Source: an uncultured Gemmatimonadales bacterium
Lineage (GTDB): Bacteria; Gemmatimonadota; Gemmatimonadetes; Gemmatimonadales; GWC2-71-9
NCBI GenBank assembly: GCA_963739455.1
Contig: CAVUAK010000001.1
Coordinates: forward strand, 448,001 to 512,000
Length of the DNA: 64,000 nt
Reading direction: 5' to 3'
The notes below the pieces were generated by a model. The model made no database searches. It was not told the origin of the DNA and saw nothing but the letters and a program-made list of their open reading frames with translations. Both the position numbers and the translations under genes were made by a program. This document shows positions 18,136-27,535 of the stretch, in pieces. Each line of letters begins with the position of its first letter. Within the stretch, counting starts at the first letter, position 1.

Positions 18136-19620
18136 TCAGTCGATGCCCATTCCCCAGCGGATCAGGGACACCGGCAGCCCGCCATACGACAGCACCTCGT
18201 CATGAAATGCCCGCAGTGAGTAGCCGGCGCCGCGCTGCGACTCCGCCGACTCGCGCAACTCGCGAAGGGCGCGGCGGCCGACCGCATGGCACAGCGCGTG
18301 GGTCGGGGTTTCGCAGTAGTGGCGCACCTCCGCCTCGGCCTGCTGACGGGCGATCGGGACGCGCCTTACCAGTTCCTCGATCGCCTCCTGCGGCGTCATC
18401 CCGCGGGTATGCAGGCCGACGTCGAGGTCCACCTGCACCGCCCGGTGCAGCATGTCGACCAGGTGCAGCAGGCGCGTCTCGAGGCTCGCGAAGTAGCCCT
18501 CGTCGAACATCAGTTCCTGGGCATAGAGTGCCCAGCCGCTGAGGGTGAACGCGGGCCTCAGCTGGCGTCGCACCTCCGACGCCAGTTCGGTCGCGCGCAC
18601 CGCGTGCACATGCCGCCCAGGCCACACCTCATGCGCCACCACCACCGGTATGCGGTGCGTCGCGCCGTCCCAGGGATTGCCCGACAGCATGAGCTGCCCC
18701 GGTGCGTCGGGCAGCGTGAGCAGCCCGCGCTCCTCGATGAACGCCACTGCGCGAACCATTTCCTCATCGTAGAGCGCATCACGCACGGACGCGCTGGGCG
18801 CGTCAGCGAGCAACCGTTCGGCCACGTCGCGCCAGGGACGCGACGGATCGATCCGGCGCGCCAGTGCAGCCAGTTGTGCTTCCAGTTCATCGCGCAGGTG
18901 CAAGCCATAACGCCAGAGCTCCGGGGCACTGGCAAGGAGGGCATGCTCGAAGCGAAGCCTGCGCTCGAACTGATCCTCGCCCGCGGCGAAAGCGTGTGGA
19001 TCGGCCCCCGGAGCCATGCGCTGGTTGAGCGCCAGGCCGAAGGACTTGAGGGCGGACAGCGCGCCGGTCGTGGCGGCGGCGAGGTTGTCCGCGAGTTCAG
19101 GCGCAAGCATCCCGTAGCGCCGCGTTGCCTCGACCACGACCTCGCCAGTGGTCCCCAGCATGGCGAGCGCCGTATCCGAGAAGATGCCCACCGGCTGGTC
19201 GAGGGTGTTCACCGCGGCGGTGAGGAAGGGCGGGATGTCGCGCAGGCGCTCCGCCACTAAGCCCGCAATGGCCGCATCGTCAGGGCGGGTGAGCACCGAC
19301 AGGAAGGCATCGTGAAGATGACGGAGCCAGAAGGCGGGGTTCCTGCGGTGCGGCTGCTCGTAGTCGAAACGGAACCCGAGCACACGCATGTCGTCCAGGA
19401 GTGCGGTGCGGTCGATCTCCTGCTGATAGTCCTCCACGTCGAGTTCCTCGGCGGCCCCGGCCAGCGAGCGCACCGCGGCGAGGTGCTCCCGCACCGAGTC
19501 GACGTCGAAGCGCCCGAGCCGGCCATCCTGCTCCGTGCGACCAGCCGCACTGGCGGCGGCCGGGTCGAAGTGCCAGCGAACGTCCAGGTAGGACCGGCAG
19601 AGTTCGTCGATGGCGCTCAC
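18136..19620 (-). CDS. DUF885 family protein
   Basis: HEVWPGRH, GWALYAQELM, DVGLHT, FHDEVLSYGGLP. Confidence 0.8.
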   Translation of the reverse strand: MSAIDELCRSYLDVRWHFDPAAASAAGRTEQDGRLGRFDVDSVREHLAAVRSLAGAAEELDVEDYQQEIDRTALLDDMRVLGFRFDYEQPHRRNPAFWLRHLHDAFLSVLTRPDDAAIAGLVAERLRDIPPFLTAAVNTLDQPVGIFSDTALAMLGTTGEVVVEATRRYGMLAPELADNLAAATTGALSALKSFGLALNQRMAPGADPHAFAAGEDQFERRLRFEHALLASAPELWRYGLHLRDELEAQLAALARRIDPSRPWRDVAERLLADAPSASVRDALYDEEMVRAVAFIEERGLLTLPDAPGQLMLSGNPWDGATHRIPVVVAHEVWPGRHVHAVRATELASEVRRQLRPAFTLSGWALYAQELMFDEGYFASLETRLLHLVDMLHRAVQVDLDVGLHTRGMTPQEAIEELVRRVPIARQQAEAEVRHYCETPTHALCHAVGRRALRELRESAESQRGAGYSLRAFHDEVLSYGGLPVSLIRWGMGID

Positions 19621-19624
19621 GACA

Positions 19625-20605
19625 TCAGCGCCCCGTCACCTCGGAATCGTCACCCAGGCTGGCACTGCCCTCGAAGTGGTCGATGATCGACCGGTTGCCC
19701 AGGACCCCGCCATTGACACGCACATCGGTCAGTCGCGCATCCCGGCCGATGATCATGTTGGCAACCGCGCTGTCGGTGATCACCGTCCCCGCCTCGATGC
19801 TCACGTTGGGACCGATGACGCTCCGCTCGATCTTGACGCCGTCCTCGATGTACACCGGCTCGATGACGTCCACGTCCGCCGGCAGGGCCGGCCGCCGCGC
19901 CGCGCCCTTCCGCAGCAGGATCTCGTTGGTCTCGAGGAGCGTGTCCAGCTTGCCGCAGTCATACCAGCCGCCCACCTCCGCGGTGAGGATCCGCTTTCCC
20001 TTCTCGATCATGAACTGGAACGCGTCGGTCAGGTAGTACTCGCCCTTGTTCGCTGGCGCGGCCAGCACGTGATCGATGCCCTGCCACAGGCTCTCCACTG
20101 CCTTGATGTAGTAGAGGCCGATGTTCGCCAGCTTCGAGATCGGCTCCTTCGGCTTCTCCACGATACGGGTCATGTAGCCCTCGGCATCAGTGACGACCAC
20201 CCCGAAGCGCTGGTAGTCCTCCACCTCCTTCGCCCAGATGATGCCGTCGGCGTCGGTGCGGTTGATCAGCGTGAGGTCCGCCTCGAAGACGGTGTCCACG
20301 AAGATGATCAGCACCGGCCCGGTCACGTACGGCCGCGCCAGGTTGATCGCCCCCGCAGTGCCATCCTGCACCTTCTGCTCGATGTACCGTGCCGGGTATC
20401 CGTAGCGCGTACTGCTGTACGCCTCCACCTGCTCCTTCAGGTGACCGGTGATGAAGATCAGTTCACTGATCTTCAGTCCCTCGAGGCGGTCCATCACCCA
20501 GTCCATCACCGGCCTCCCCGCCACCTTCAGCATCGGTTTCGGGACGAGGTGCGTGTGGGGGCGGAGGCGCGTGCCCTTGCCGGCGAGTGGAATGATCACT
20601 TGCAT
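19625..20605 (-). CDS. Sugar-phosphate nucleotidyltransferase with left-handed beta-helix C-terminus
   Basis: LAGKGTRLRPHTHLVPKPML, RIVEKP, WYDCGK, hexapeptide repeats. Confidence 0.9.
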   Translation of the reverse strand: MQVIIPLAGKGTRLRPHTHLVPKPMLKVAGRPVMDWVMDRLEGLKISELIFITGHLKEQVEAYSSTRYGYPARYIEQKVQDGTAGAINLARPYVTGPVLIIFVDTVFEADLTLINRTDADGIIWAKEVEDYQRFGVVVTDAEGYMTRIVEKPKEPISKLANIGLYYIKAVESLWQGIDHVLAAPANKGEYYLTDAFQFMIEKGKRILTAEVGGWYDCGKLDTLLETNEILLRKGAARRPALPADVDVIEPVYIEDGVKIERSVIGPNVSIEAGTVITDSAVANMIIGRDARLTDVRVNGGVLGNRSIIDHFEGSASLGDDSEVTGR

Positions 20606-20645
20606 GCGTTCGATTCCTTTGGGATGACTGCCGACAAGAATACCT

Positions 20646-20669
20646 TCACGTCCTCACGTCTTCACGTCC
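20646..20669. repeat. Tandem 8-mer (TCACGTCC)x3
   Basis: Directly visible. Confidence 0.85.
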
Positions 20670-20673
20670 TCGA

Positions 20674-21243
20674 TCACCCTGCCGCCGGCTTGAACAGAAA
20701 TGAGGACGGGCTCGTAATGCATGCCTTCACGCAGCTGCCACAGCCAACGCAGCCTTCCAGCTTGAGCACGGGATGTCCATCCGAGTCCGTGGCGAGCGCA
20801 CGCTCGCCCACCGGGCACGCCTTTGCGCACACCTGGCATGCGACGCCCTTGTAGGTGACACAGCGCTCGGGCACGAACTCCACCGTACCGAGGCGATAGT
20901 GCTCCCACCCGTCTTGGGGCACGGTGAGGGCCTCTGTCGGGCAGGCGCGCGCACACGGCATGTCCGGACAGGCGATACAGGCCTGAACCTGCACGTTGAG
21001 GTACGGCGTGCCGGCGGCCAGCCCACCCTCCGTGGGCGCCCTGACGATGGCGCGCACCGGGCACACCGGAATGCAGTCGCCACAGCGGGTACACGCTGCC
21101 AGAAAACCGAGCTCGGGCAGCGCCCCCGGTGGGCGCAGGTAGCGGTTTGGTGCAAGCCGCTCCTCCGTGGCCTGGAGAAAGCGCTCGAAGGCATCACCGA
21201 ATACCGAACGCAGTGCGTCCCTTCGATCACCCCGAAATTCCAA
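20674..21243 (-). CDS. NapG/MauM-type polyferredoxin
   Basis: LRPPGA..E..F...CTRCGDCIPVCP, CIACPDMPCARACP, CQVCAKACP, CVGCGSCVKAC. Confidence 0.85.
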   Translation of the reverse strand: MEFRGDRRDALRSVFGDAFERFLQATEERLAPNRYLRPPGALPELGFLAACTRCGDCIPVCPVRAIVRAPTEGGLAAGTPYLNVQVQACIACPDMPCARACPTEALTVPQDGWEHYRLGTVEFVPERCVTYKGVACQVCAKACPVGERALATDSDGHPVLKLEGCVGCGSCVKACITSPSSFLFKPAAG

Positions 21244-21260
21244 CTAGCCCTCCCTCATCT

Positions 21261-21292
21261 TCACGTCCTCACGTCCTCACGTCCTCACGTCT
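21261..21292. repeat. Tandem 8-mer (TCACGTCC)x4
   Basis: Directly visible. Confidence 0.9.
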
Positions 21293-24200
21293 TAGAATGC
21301 CGCCTGCACGCTGAACAGCCAGCGGAAATCAAAGGCCTGGTTCCGGGCGAAGTCGTTCCGCGAGAACTCCGGCTCACTCAGGTAGATCGGGAAGTCGAAG
21401 CGGGTGATGAACGCCGTCTTTCCAATGCGATGACTGGCCCGAACACCGAGCCCCGCGTCAGCCACGAATCCGAGCGCTTCCCCCGTGGTCGGCTGGTCCG
21501 GCCCGCCGATACCCTGAGCCGCATCGCCAAAAGCCGCCACCGATACCCGGCTGAAAAGCTTGGACTTCTGCCGCAACAACATTGTCCGCTCGAGTTCGAC
21601 ATTGGCCGCGATGATCGCCGGGCCCGAGATCCGGAAGTCCGCTGCGCGAACGCCGCCACCACCCGGAGCCTGGTACGGGACGTCGTCGATGACGAGCAGC
21701 GCGCCCTCGGAACGGAGGAGCGGATTGTAGAGCTGCTCGAAGGGATCGGAGCTGCCGAGGTAGATCTGGCGCTGCTTGGCGGCGGTGTGTGCCCCGGCAG
21801 CCACACCGCCGTACAGGCGTCCGGCGAAAGACAGCTTCTTCGCGAGCTGGCGCCGCGCCGTGCCCTCGATCTCACCGCGGAAGTAGAACTCGTCGAGATT
21901 GGGTTGCACTGATGCCAGGCCGTCTCGATCGAAGACCAGGCCACCCCCGAGGTTGAGCCTGCCACCGAGCTGCCACTTGCCACTCCGGGTCTTCACGCCC
22001 AGCGTCGTCATCAATTCGACAATGCCGACATCGATGTATTGCTGCGGATCGAGGAAGGCGGTGTTGTCGATATTCACCATGCGGAGACTCACGCCCTCGG
22101 TCCACTTCGGCCCGAATGTCAGGTGTTCCTGGCTGGTCTTCTCCCAGCCCAGCAGGCCACCCCACCTGCCCTCCGTTCGGAATGCCTCCAGCCGCTGCGA
22201 CTGGTTGGGCGAGCGGAGCCACACTGGATTCTTGAATCGGGCGAAGAAATCGAGCTGCTGCACAAAGGCGTCGTCGCCCGGTGCGCCCAGGCTGTAGGAC
22301 AGGAGCACCTGGTTCTGCTCGAACATGCCGAGGTAGTTCGTCCGTGCCCGGACCCCGACGGTGATGCCTCCTGCGGTGTTGTACCAGATCGTCGGCATGA
22401 AGCCGCGCTCGAGCTGGTCGCGACTCTCCTTCTCGGTGAACCAGGTGTCGAGGTAGTTCGCGGAGGGCGGCGCGCGCTTCCCGAGCAGCACGAAGCGGTA
22501 CTGGTTGTTCAGCATGTTCCAGTCGTGCGTGCGAACGCCGGGATCGATCACGATCTTCTTCGGCTCACTGCGAGTGGGGATGACCACCCAGGCCCGGGTC
22601 GCCATGCCGTCGGTGCGCACCACCACCGTGTCCTTGTCGGCGATGACGGCGACGTCCACCGGGATCATGCCGTCGCCCTTCCGGACCACCTCGACACGCG
22701 TTTCCCAGCCATCACCCAGCTTCTGCCGCTTCACGCGCCCCACGGAGTAGTCGAACATCGGGGTGCCGTGGAGCCACTGCCCGAAGAGCGTGCTCAGGTC
22801 CATCTGCGACACGTCCTCGGCAACTGCCTGAAACGCTGCCCCGTCCACGTGTTTCAGCTGCCAGCGCTGGTAGTAGGTCTGCAGGATCTCGTGCATTACT
22901 GAATCGCCCACCACATACCGCAACTGCTCCAGGAAGAGCTCGCCCTTGGAGTAGATCATCTGGTTGTAGATGACGAAGTCACTGTACTTGTCACTGACGA
23001 GGCTCACCGGTTCCGACCACCCGCCGAGATCCAGGTCGAGGACGTTGGACTCGTTGCCCTCGTAGCCGCCCTTCTCGCCCGTCGCCTCGCCGAACCAGGT
23101 CGTCTGGAAGCTGGTGAAGCCTTCGTCGAGCCATCCCTCGCGCCACTCGTTGTTGGCCAGGATGCCCATCGTGTAGTTGTGGCCCAGCTCGTGAACGATC
23201 AGCCCCTGGCTTGCCGAGCCGTTCATGATCACCATGGGGAATTCGGTGCCGCCACCATCGATGCGGTGCAGGTTGGTGAGCTGGGGCCACGCGAACGGGC
23301 CGAACAGCTGGTCCAGCCACTGCAGTGCCGTCTCCGTGCGCTTCACGGCGATCCCACCACCCCAGGACTTCTCGTCACCAGGACGATAGAGCACGTGCAC
23401 CAGGATGTTCTTGTACGCCCCGCCCTCGTAGCGGTACTCCGGGCTCATGGAGAGGGCGAAGTGATGCACCGACTCCGCGTACCAGAGCACCCGCTTGTAG
23501 CCGTCCGGGACGGACGGATTGGGAAAGTTGCTGAATGCGCAGTCGCCATTGACGCCGGGCCCCGGTCCGCTCACCTGGGCGCGAACGCCGGGATATGCCT
23601 CGTCGCCGTACTGCACCGGTCGAGTGGAGGATTGGTTCGCCGCCGTCCAGCCAGGGTCGCCGCACACCGGAACGCCCGTTGCCCCGAGCACCTGGTCCTT
23701 CGGCACGTCGACCTGCACCCGGAACGTGCCGAACTCCCCGTAGAACTCGCCCGCCGGCACGAGCGGGTGTTCCTCCCAGCCGTACCGGTCATAGACCACC
23801 ACCTTGGGATACCACTGGGCAAAGTCGTACTGCCGGCCCTTCCGTCCTTGCCGACGCACCACCGTCGAAACGCGCGCGTCCCAGTCCGTCTCGATCACCA
23901 TCGAGTCGCCTGGCGCGAGTGGCGCCGGCAACTCGAAGCGCACGATGGTGCTGTCAGGCGCGAACGGATAGATGGCGGTCACCGCCTGGCCCATGATCCT
24001 GACGTTGCTTACATGGTTGTAGGCGTAGTCCGGATCCTTGAGGTCGTTGAACCGACGGCGTCCTTCGGTCGAGTCGGAATCGCTCCAGCGCGATCCCGGC
24101 CTGAAGGCATTCAGGTGGAGATGAAGCGAGAAGGACCGGAGCGTGTCCGGCGAATTGTTCACGTACTCGATCCGCTCGGATCCGCGCAGCACACCAAGCG

Positions 24201-24318
24201 GTTCCTCGAGGCGGGCAGCGATGTCATAGGCGACCCGCTGCTGCCAATACGGTGCGGGACCGCGTCGGAGCGTGTCGTTGGGTGCGGTGGCCAGGACGAG
24301 CGCGAGGAGCGTGATCAT
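21292..24318 (-). CDS. M1 family zinc aminopeptidase with C-terminal outer-membrane-barrel-like region
   Basis: YWQQ, AQWYPK, GGTEFP, HELGH, WLDEGFT, YSKG. The C-terminal part has amphipathic strands and ends in F. Confidence 0.85.
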   Translation of the reverse strand: MITLLALVLATAPNDTLRRGPAPYWQQRVAYDIAARLEEPLGVLRGSERIEYVNNSPDTLRSFSLHLHLNAFRPGSRWSDSDSTEGRRRFNDLKDPDYAYNHVSNVRIMGQAVTAIYPFAPDSTIVRFELPAPLAPGDSMVIETDWDARVSTVVRRQGRKGRQYDFAQWYPKVVVYDRYGWEEHPLVPAGEFYGEFGTFRVQVDVPKDQVLGATGVPVCGDPGWTAANQSSTRPVQYGDEAYPGVRAQVSGPGPGVNGDCAFSNFPNPSVPDGYKRVLWYAESVHHFALSMSPEYRYEGGAYKNILVHVLYRPGDEKSWGGGIAVKRTETALQWLDQLFGPFAWPQLTNLHRIDGGGTEFPMVIMNGSASQGLIVHELGHNYTMGILANNEWREGWLDEGFTSFQTTWFGEATGEKGGYEGNESNVLDLDLGGWSEPVSLVSDKYSDFVIYNQMIYSKGELFLEQLRYVVGDSVMHEILQTYYQRWQLKHVDGAAFQAVAEDVSQMDLSTLFGQWLHGTPMFDYSVGRVKRQKLGDGWETRVEVVRKGDGMIPVDVAVIADKDTVVVRTDGMATRAWVVIPTRSEPKKIVIDPGVRTHDWNMLNNQYRFVLLGKRAPPSANYLDTWFTEKESRDQLERGFMPTIWYNTAGGITVGVRARTNYLGMFEQNQVLLSYSLGAPGDDAFVQQLDFFARFKNPVWLRSPNQSQRLEAFRTEGRWGGLLGWEKTSQEHLTFGPKWTEGVSLRMVNIDNTAFLDPQQYIDVGIVELMTTLGVKTRSGKWQLGGRLNLGGGLVFDRDGLASVQPNLDEFYFRGEIEGTARRQLAKKLSFAGRLYGGVAAGAHTAAKQRQIYLGSSDPFEQLYNPLLRSEGALLVIDDVPYQAPGGGGVRAADFRISGPAIIAANVELERTMLLRQKSKLFSRVSVAAFGDAAQGIGGPDQPTTGEALGFVADAGLGVRASHRIGKTAFITRFDFPIYLSEPEFSRNDFARNQAFDFRWLFSVQAAF

Positions 24319-24334
24319 GGGATTGAGAGAGGAC

Positions 24335-24360
24335 GGGAACAGGGAACAGGGAACAGGGAA
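24335..24360. repeat. Tandem 7-mer (GGGAACA)x3.7, with a degenerate inverted copy at about 24503-24530
   Basis: Directly visible, flanking the AT-rich divergent promoter region. Confidence 0.85.
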
Positions 24361-24534
24361 ATGTAAGCCACCAGCGAACTTACGACCCATTGCCACCACA
24401 GCCACAAACCATGTTACGTATAGTTTGCTAAAACACCGATACTGCTACTATTAGTTGACAAAACTGGCATTCTGCACAACATTAGTTCGAGTAGTTCACT
24501 TACCTGTTCCCAGATCCCTGTTCCCGGTTCTCAG

Positions 24535-25011
24535 ATGCCTGAAGAACTCGACAACATCGCCCTCCAGATCCTCGACCTGCTCGCCGCCGATGGTCGCATG
24601 TCGTACCAGGCCATCGCTGACCAGGTCGGGCTCTCGCGCCCCGCGGTCATGGAGCGAGTGAAGCGCCTGGAGGAATCGGGATACATCACCGGGTATCACG
24701 CCCACATCGACCGGGCGCGCATCGGTCGCCCCGTAACCGCGTTCGTGGCGGTGCGCTATCCGAGCTCCCACGGCACTGGCCTCGAGCCCGGCATCCAGAG
24801 CCTGGCCGAACACCCTGACGTACTCGAGTGCCATCATGTTGCAGGCGAGGACTGCTACATCCTCAAGGTGGCGGCCCCTTCCCTGGACAAGCTGAGCGAC
24901 GTGCTGCGCGCGTTGCGCGATCCAGGCGAGCCGGTCACGACCCGCACAACCATTGTGCTGTCCACCGTCTTCGAGAAGCCCGGCGTCCGCCCGGGCGTGG
25001 TGGCGACCTGA
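24535..25011 (+). CDS. Lrp/AsnC family transcriptional regulator
   Basis: LDNIALQILDLLAADGRMSY...VGLSRPAVMERVKRLEESGYI, ECHHVAGEDCYILKV. Confidence 0.95.
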   Translation: MPEELDNIALQILDLLAADGRMSYQAIADQVGLSRPAVMERVKRLEESGYITGYHAHIDRARIGRPVTAFVAVRYPSSHGTGLEPGIQSLAEHPDVLECHHVAGEDCYILKVAAPSLDKLSDVLRALRDPGEPVTTRTTIVLSTVFEKPGVRPGVVAT

Positions 25012-25955
25012 TGGCCATGCTCCGCGGCCGCGTGCTCGCCGCCTACCTCATCGTGGCCATCGTGTGGGGCTCGACCTACCTCGCCATCCGGGTGGGGGTC
25101 ATGCACATACCCCCGTTCCTCTTTGCCGGCGTGCGATTCCTCACCGCCGGCGCGTTGCTCGGTGCCTTCGCTCTCTGGCGTGGTGAGCGGTTGCCGCACT
25201 CGCCCCGCGTCTGGGCGCTCCTTGCGCTGCTCGGCGGGCTCTTCTTCCTGGGTGGCAATGGCGGCGTGGTGTGGGCCGAGCAGTTCGTGCCATCGGGCCT
25301 GGCCGCCGTTTACGTGGTGACGGTGGCACTCTGGACAGCAGGATTCGATGCCCTCATTCCCGGTGGCAAGGCGAAGCTCAACAGCATCGTAGTCGCAGGA
25401 CTGATGCTCGGCTTTTTCGGCAGCATGCTGCTCGTCGGCGTCACGCCCGCCGAGCTGGTACAGGCGGACCTGCGCGGGCCGATCGCGCTCATCCTGGGCA
25501 GCGCCTCGTGGGCCCTCGGCACGGTGCTGGCGAAGCGACTCCGCCTCCAGGTGCCGGTCACGCTCTCGTCCGCCACGCAGATGTTCGCCGGCGGTGCGCT
25601 GATGCTCGGCGCCGGCGTGTTGAGCCGTGAACCGGTGCCGGCGAGCATTCCGCTCGGTGCCATCACGGCGTTCGCATACCTGGTTGTCTTCGGGTCGATC
25701 CTGACGTTTACGGCGTACACCTACCTCATGCGCAATGCGTCGCCGACGGTGGTGGGCACCGCCGCCTATATCAACCCCGTCGTTGCCGTACTGCTCGGTT
25801 GGGCGTTCCTCAGCGAGCCGATCACCGCGCGCACCCTGCTCGCCATGGGGATCATCCTCTCCTCCGTGCTGCTCATCCAGCTCGGCACCAGGCCAGCGGC
25901 AAAAGAACAGGCGGCCGACAAGAGTGCCGGCCGCCTGGTGGAAAACGAAGTGTAG
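25011..25955 (+). CDS. EamA/DMT family transporter
   Basis: IVWGSTYLAIR, PPFLFAGVRF, YLVVFGS, YINPVVAVLLG. Confidence 0.9.
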   Translation: MAMLRGRVLAAYLIVAIVWGSTYLAIRVGVMHIPPFLFAGVRFLTAGALLGAFALWRGERLPHSPRVWALLALLGGLFFLGGNGGVVWAEQFVPSGLAAVYVVTVALWTAGFDALIPGGKAKLNSIVVAGLMLGFFGSMLLVGVTPAELVQADLRGPIALILGSASWALGTVLAKRLRLQVPVTLSSATQMFAGGALMLGAGVLSREPVPASIPLGAITAFAYLVVFGSILTFTAYTYLMRNASPTVVGTAAYINPVVAVLLGWAFLSEPITARTLLAMGIILSSVLLIQLGTRPAAKEQAADKSAGRLVENEV

Positions 25956-25961
25956 CCTCGC

Positions 25962-26498
25962 CTAGCGCGTCAGCAGTTGCCGGCGAAGGCTTGCCATGCG
26001 ACGCCGAAGCGAGCCGTCGAAAATCCGGTCTCCCACCTTGACGATCGTGCCACCCAGCAGCGACGGATCCACGTAGAACGTCGGGAATACTTCCTTCCCG
26101 AACGCGCGGGAGAGCTCCGTCCGAATCGATTCCTTCAGCGCCGCGTTGGGTTCGCGCGCCAGTGACACCACAGCGCGAAGCCGGTTGAACTTCGTGTCCA
26201 CCAGCGCACCGTACTCCCGCGCGATGTCGGCGAAATACAGCTGACGACCCCGCTTCACCACCGCCTGGATGAAGCGCACAAACTCCGCCGGCGCCGCCCG
26301 CAGCGCCTGCCCCACCAGCTCGACCTTCCGGGCCTTGGGCACGCGCGGCGACATCAGCACCGCCTCGACTTCAGGCGACGAAACGATGGCCGCGGCCACC
26401 GCCTCGAGCAGCCCGGCATACTCCTCGGCACGACCGGTCGACTCCGAGAGCTCGAACAGCGCTTCGGCGTAGTTCCGGGCGATTGCGGGATTCCTCAA
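25962..26498 (-). CDS. atpH: ATP synthase F1 subunit delta
   Basis: IARNYAEALF, VDPSLLGG...VGDRIFDGS. Confidence 0.95.
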   Translation of the reverse strand: MRNPAIARNYAEALFELSESTGRAEEYAGLLEAVAAAIVSSPEVEAVLMSPRVPKARKVELVGQALRAAPAEFVRFIQAVVKRGRQLYFADIAREYGALVDTKFNRLRAVVSLAREPNAALKESIRTELSRAFGKEVFPTFYVDPSLLGGTIVKVGDRIFDGSLRRRMASLRRQLLTR

Positions 26499-27046
26499 TG
26501 CTTCTCTCCCAGCGTGGCCAGGTAGCTCGTGACGAGCTTCCGGTCGGCATCCGCATCGAGCTTCTCACCGACCAGCTTTGATGCCGCGGCCAGGGAGAGA
26601 TCGACAGCCTCACGCCGGAGTTCGCCGATTGCACGATCGCGCTCGGCGGTGATCTCCCGGCGCGCACGCGCCAGCAGGTCATCCTGCTCCGCCTTGGTGC
26701 GCTCGACAGCCGCGGTCCGTTCCCGCTCGGACTGGACCTTGGCTTCGGCCAGGATCGCCTGGGCCTGTGTGCGCGCCTCGGCAAGCGCCTTCCGGTTCTG
26801 CTCCATCAGCTGCTTCGCCTCTTCCTGCAGGCGCGCCGTGTCGGCGATCTGTGCCTCGAGGCGCTTCTCGCGTGCCTCGACGGCCCCGATGATCTGGGGC
26901 CAGGCGAACTTCTTGAGCAACAGCATCAGGCCGATGAAGACGAACCAGGTCCAGAAGAACAGGCCGAAGTTCACCTCGAACGGGCTCACCGGCGCCCCGG
27001 CCGGCGTCTCCGATGTCCGCAGCAGTGCCAGCAGTGGCTGCACCAT
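26495..27046 (-). CDS. atpF: ATP synthase F0 subunit b
   Basis: GLFFWT...LLKKFAW, followed by a coiled coil. Confidence 0.95.
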   Translation of the reverse strand: MVQPLLALLRTSETPAGAPVSPFEVNFGLFFWTWFVFIGLMLLLKKFAWPQIIGAVEAREKRLEAQIADTARLQEEAKQLMEQNRKALAEARTQAQAILAEAKVQSERERTAAVERTKAEQDDLLARARREITAERDRAIGELRREAVDLSLAAASKLVGEKLDADADRKLVTSYLATLGEKH

Positions 27047-27050
27047 GGGT

Positions 27051-27329
27051 CTAGATGAGCTTGAAGAGGAGCGCGAACACGAGCGCGATGATCGTGGCGC
27101 CTTCGAGCAGCACGGCGAACAGCAGCGCCGCGCCACGGATCTCGCCCGCGGCCTCAGGCTGGCGCGCGATGCCCTCTGCCACCGAGCCACCGATGCGACC
27201 CAGGCCGATGCCCGCGCCGAGGATGGCGAGGCCCATGCCGATACCGGCACCAAGCAGTGCGTTTGTGCTCTTGGCGGCTTCAACGCCGGCGGTGGCCGCT
27301 TCCTGGAGCAGGGCAAGCATGTTCAACAT
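27051..27329 (-). CDS. atpE: ATP synthase F0 subunit c
   Basis: GAGIGLG, ARQPEA, LLEG. Confidence 0.95.
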   Translation of the reverse strand: MLNMLALLQEAATAGVEAAKSTNALLGAGIGMGLAILGAGIGLGRIGGSVAEGIARQPEAAGEIRGAALLFAVLLEGATIIALVFALLFKLI

Positions 27330-27511
27330 GTCGTTACGTCCCTTTGGTCACTGGAGATGAGTTGCCTGTTTCGCTGCCGGTCTGAACGTCGCGTCTCCTG
27401 CGCGCCGCCTCGCCGTAACCGCGAATGCCCCTGGGCTCGCGGAATTCGCTGGGACATTCGCCCAGCTACGATGATCGGACTGCGTCAGCGTCCACGCCCG
27501 ATCGCTCCACT

Positions 27512-27535
27512 TCACGTCCTCACGTCCTCACGTCC
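27512..27535. repeat. Tandem 8-mer (TCACGTCC)x3
   Basis: Directly visible, abutting the atpB stop. Confidence 0.85.
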
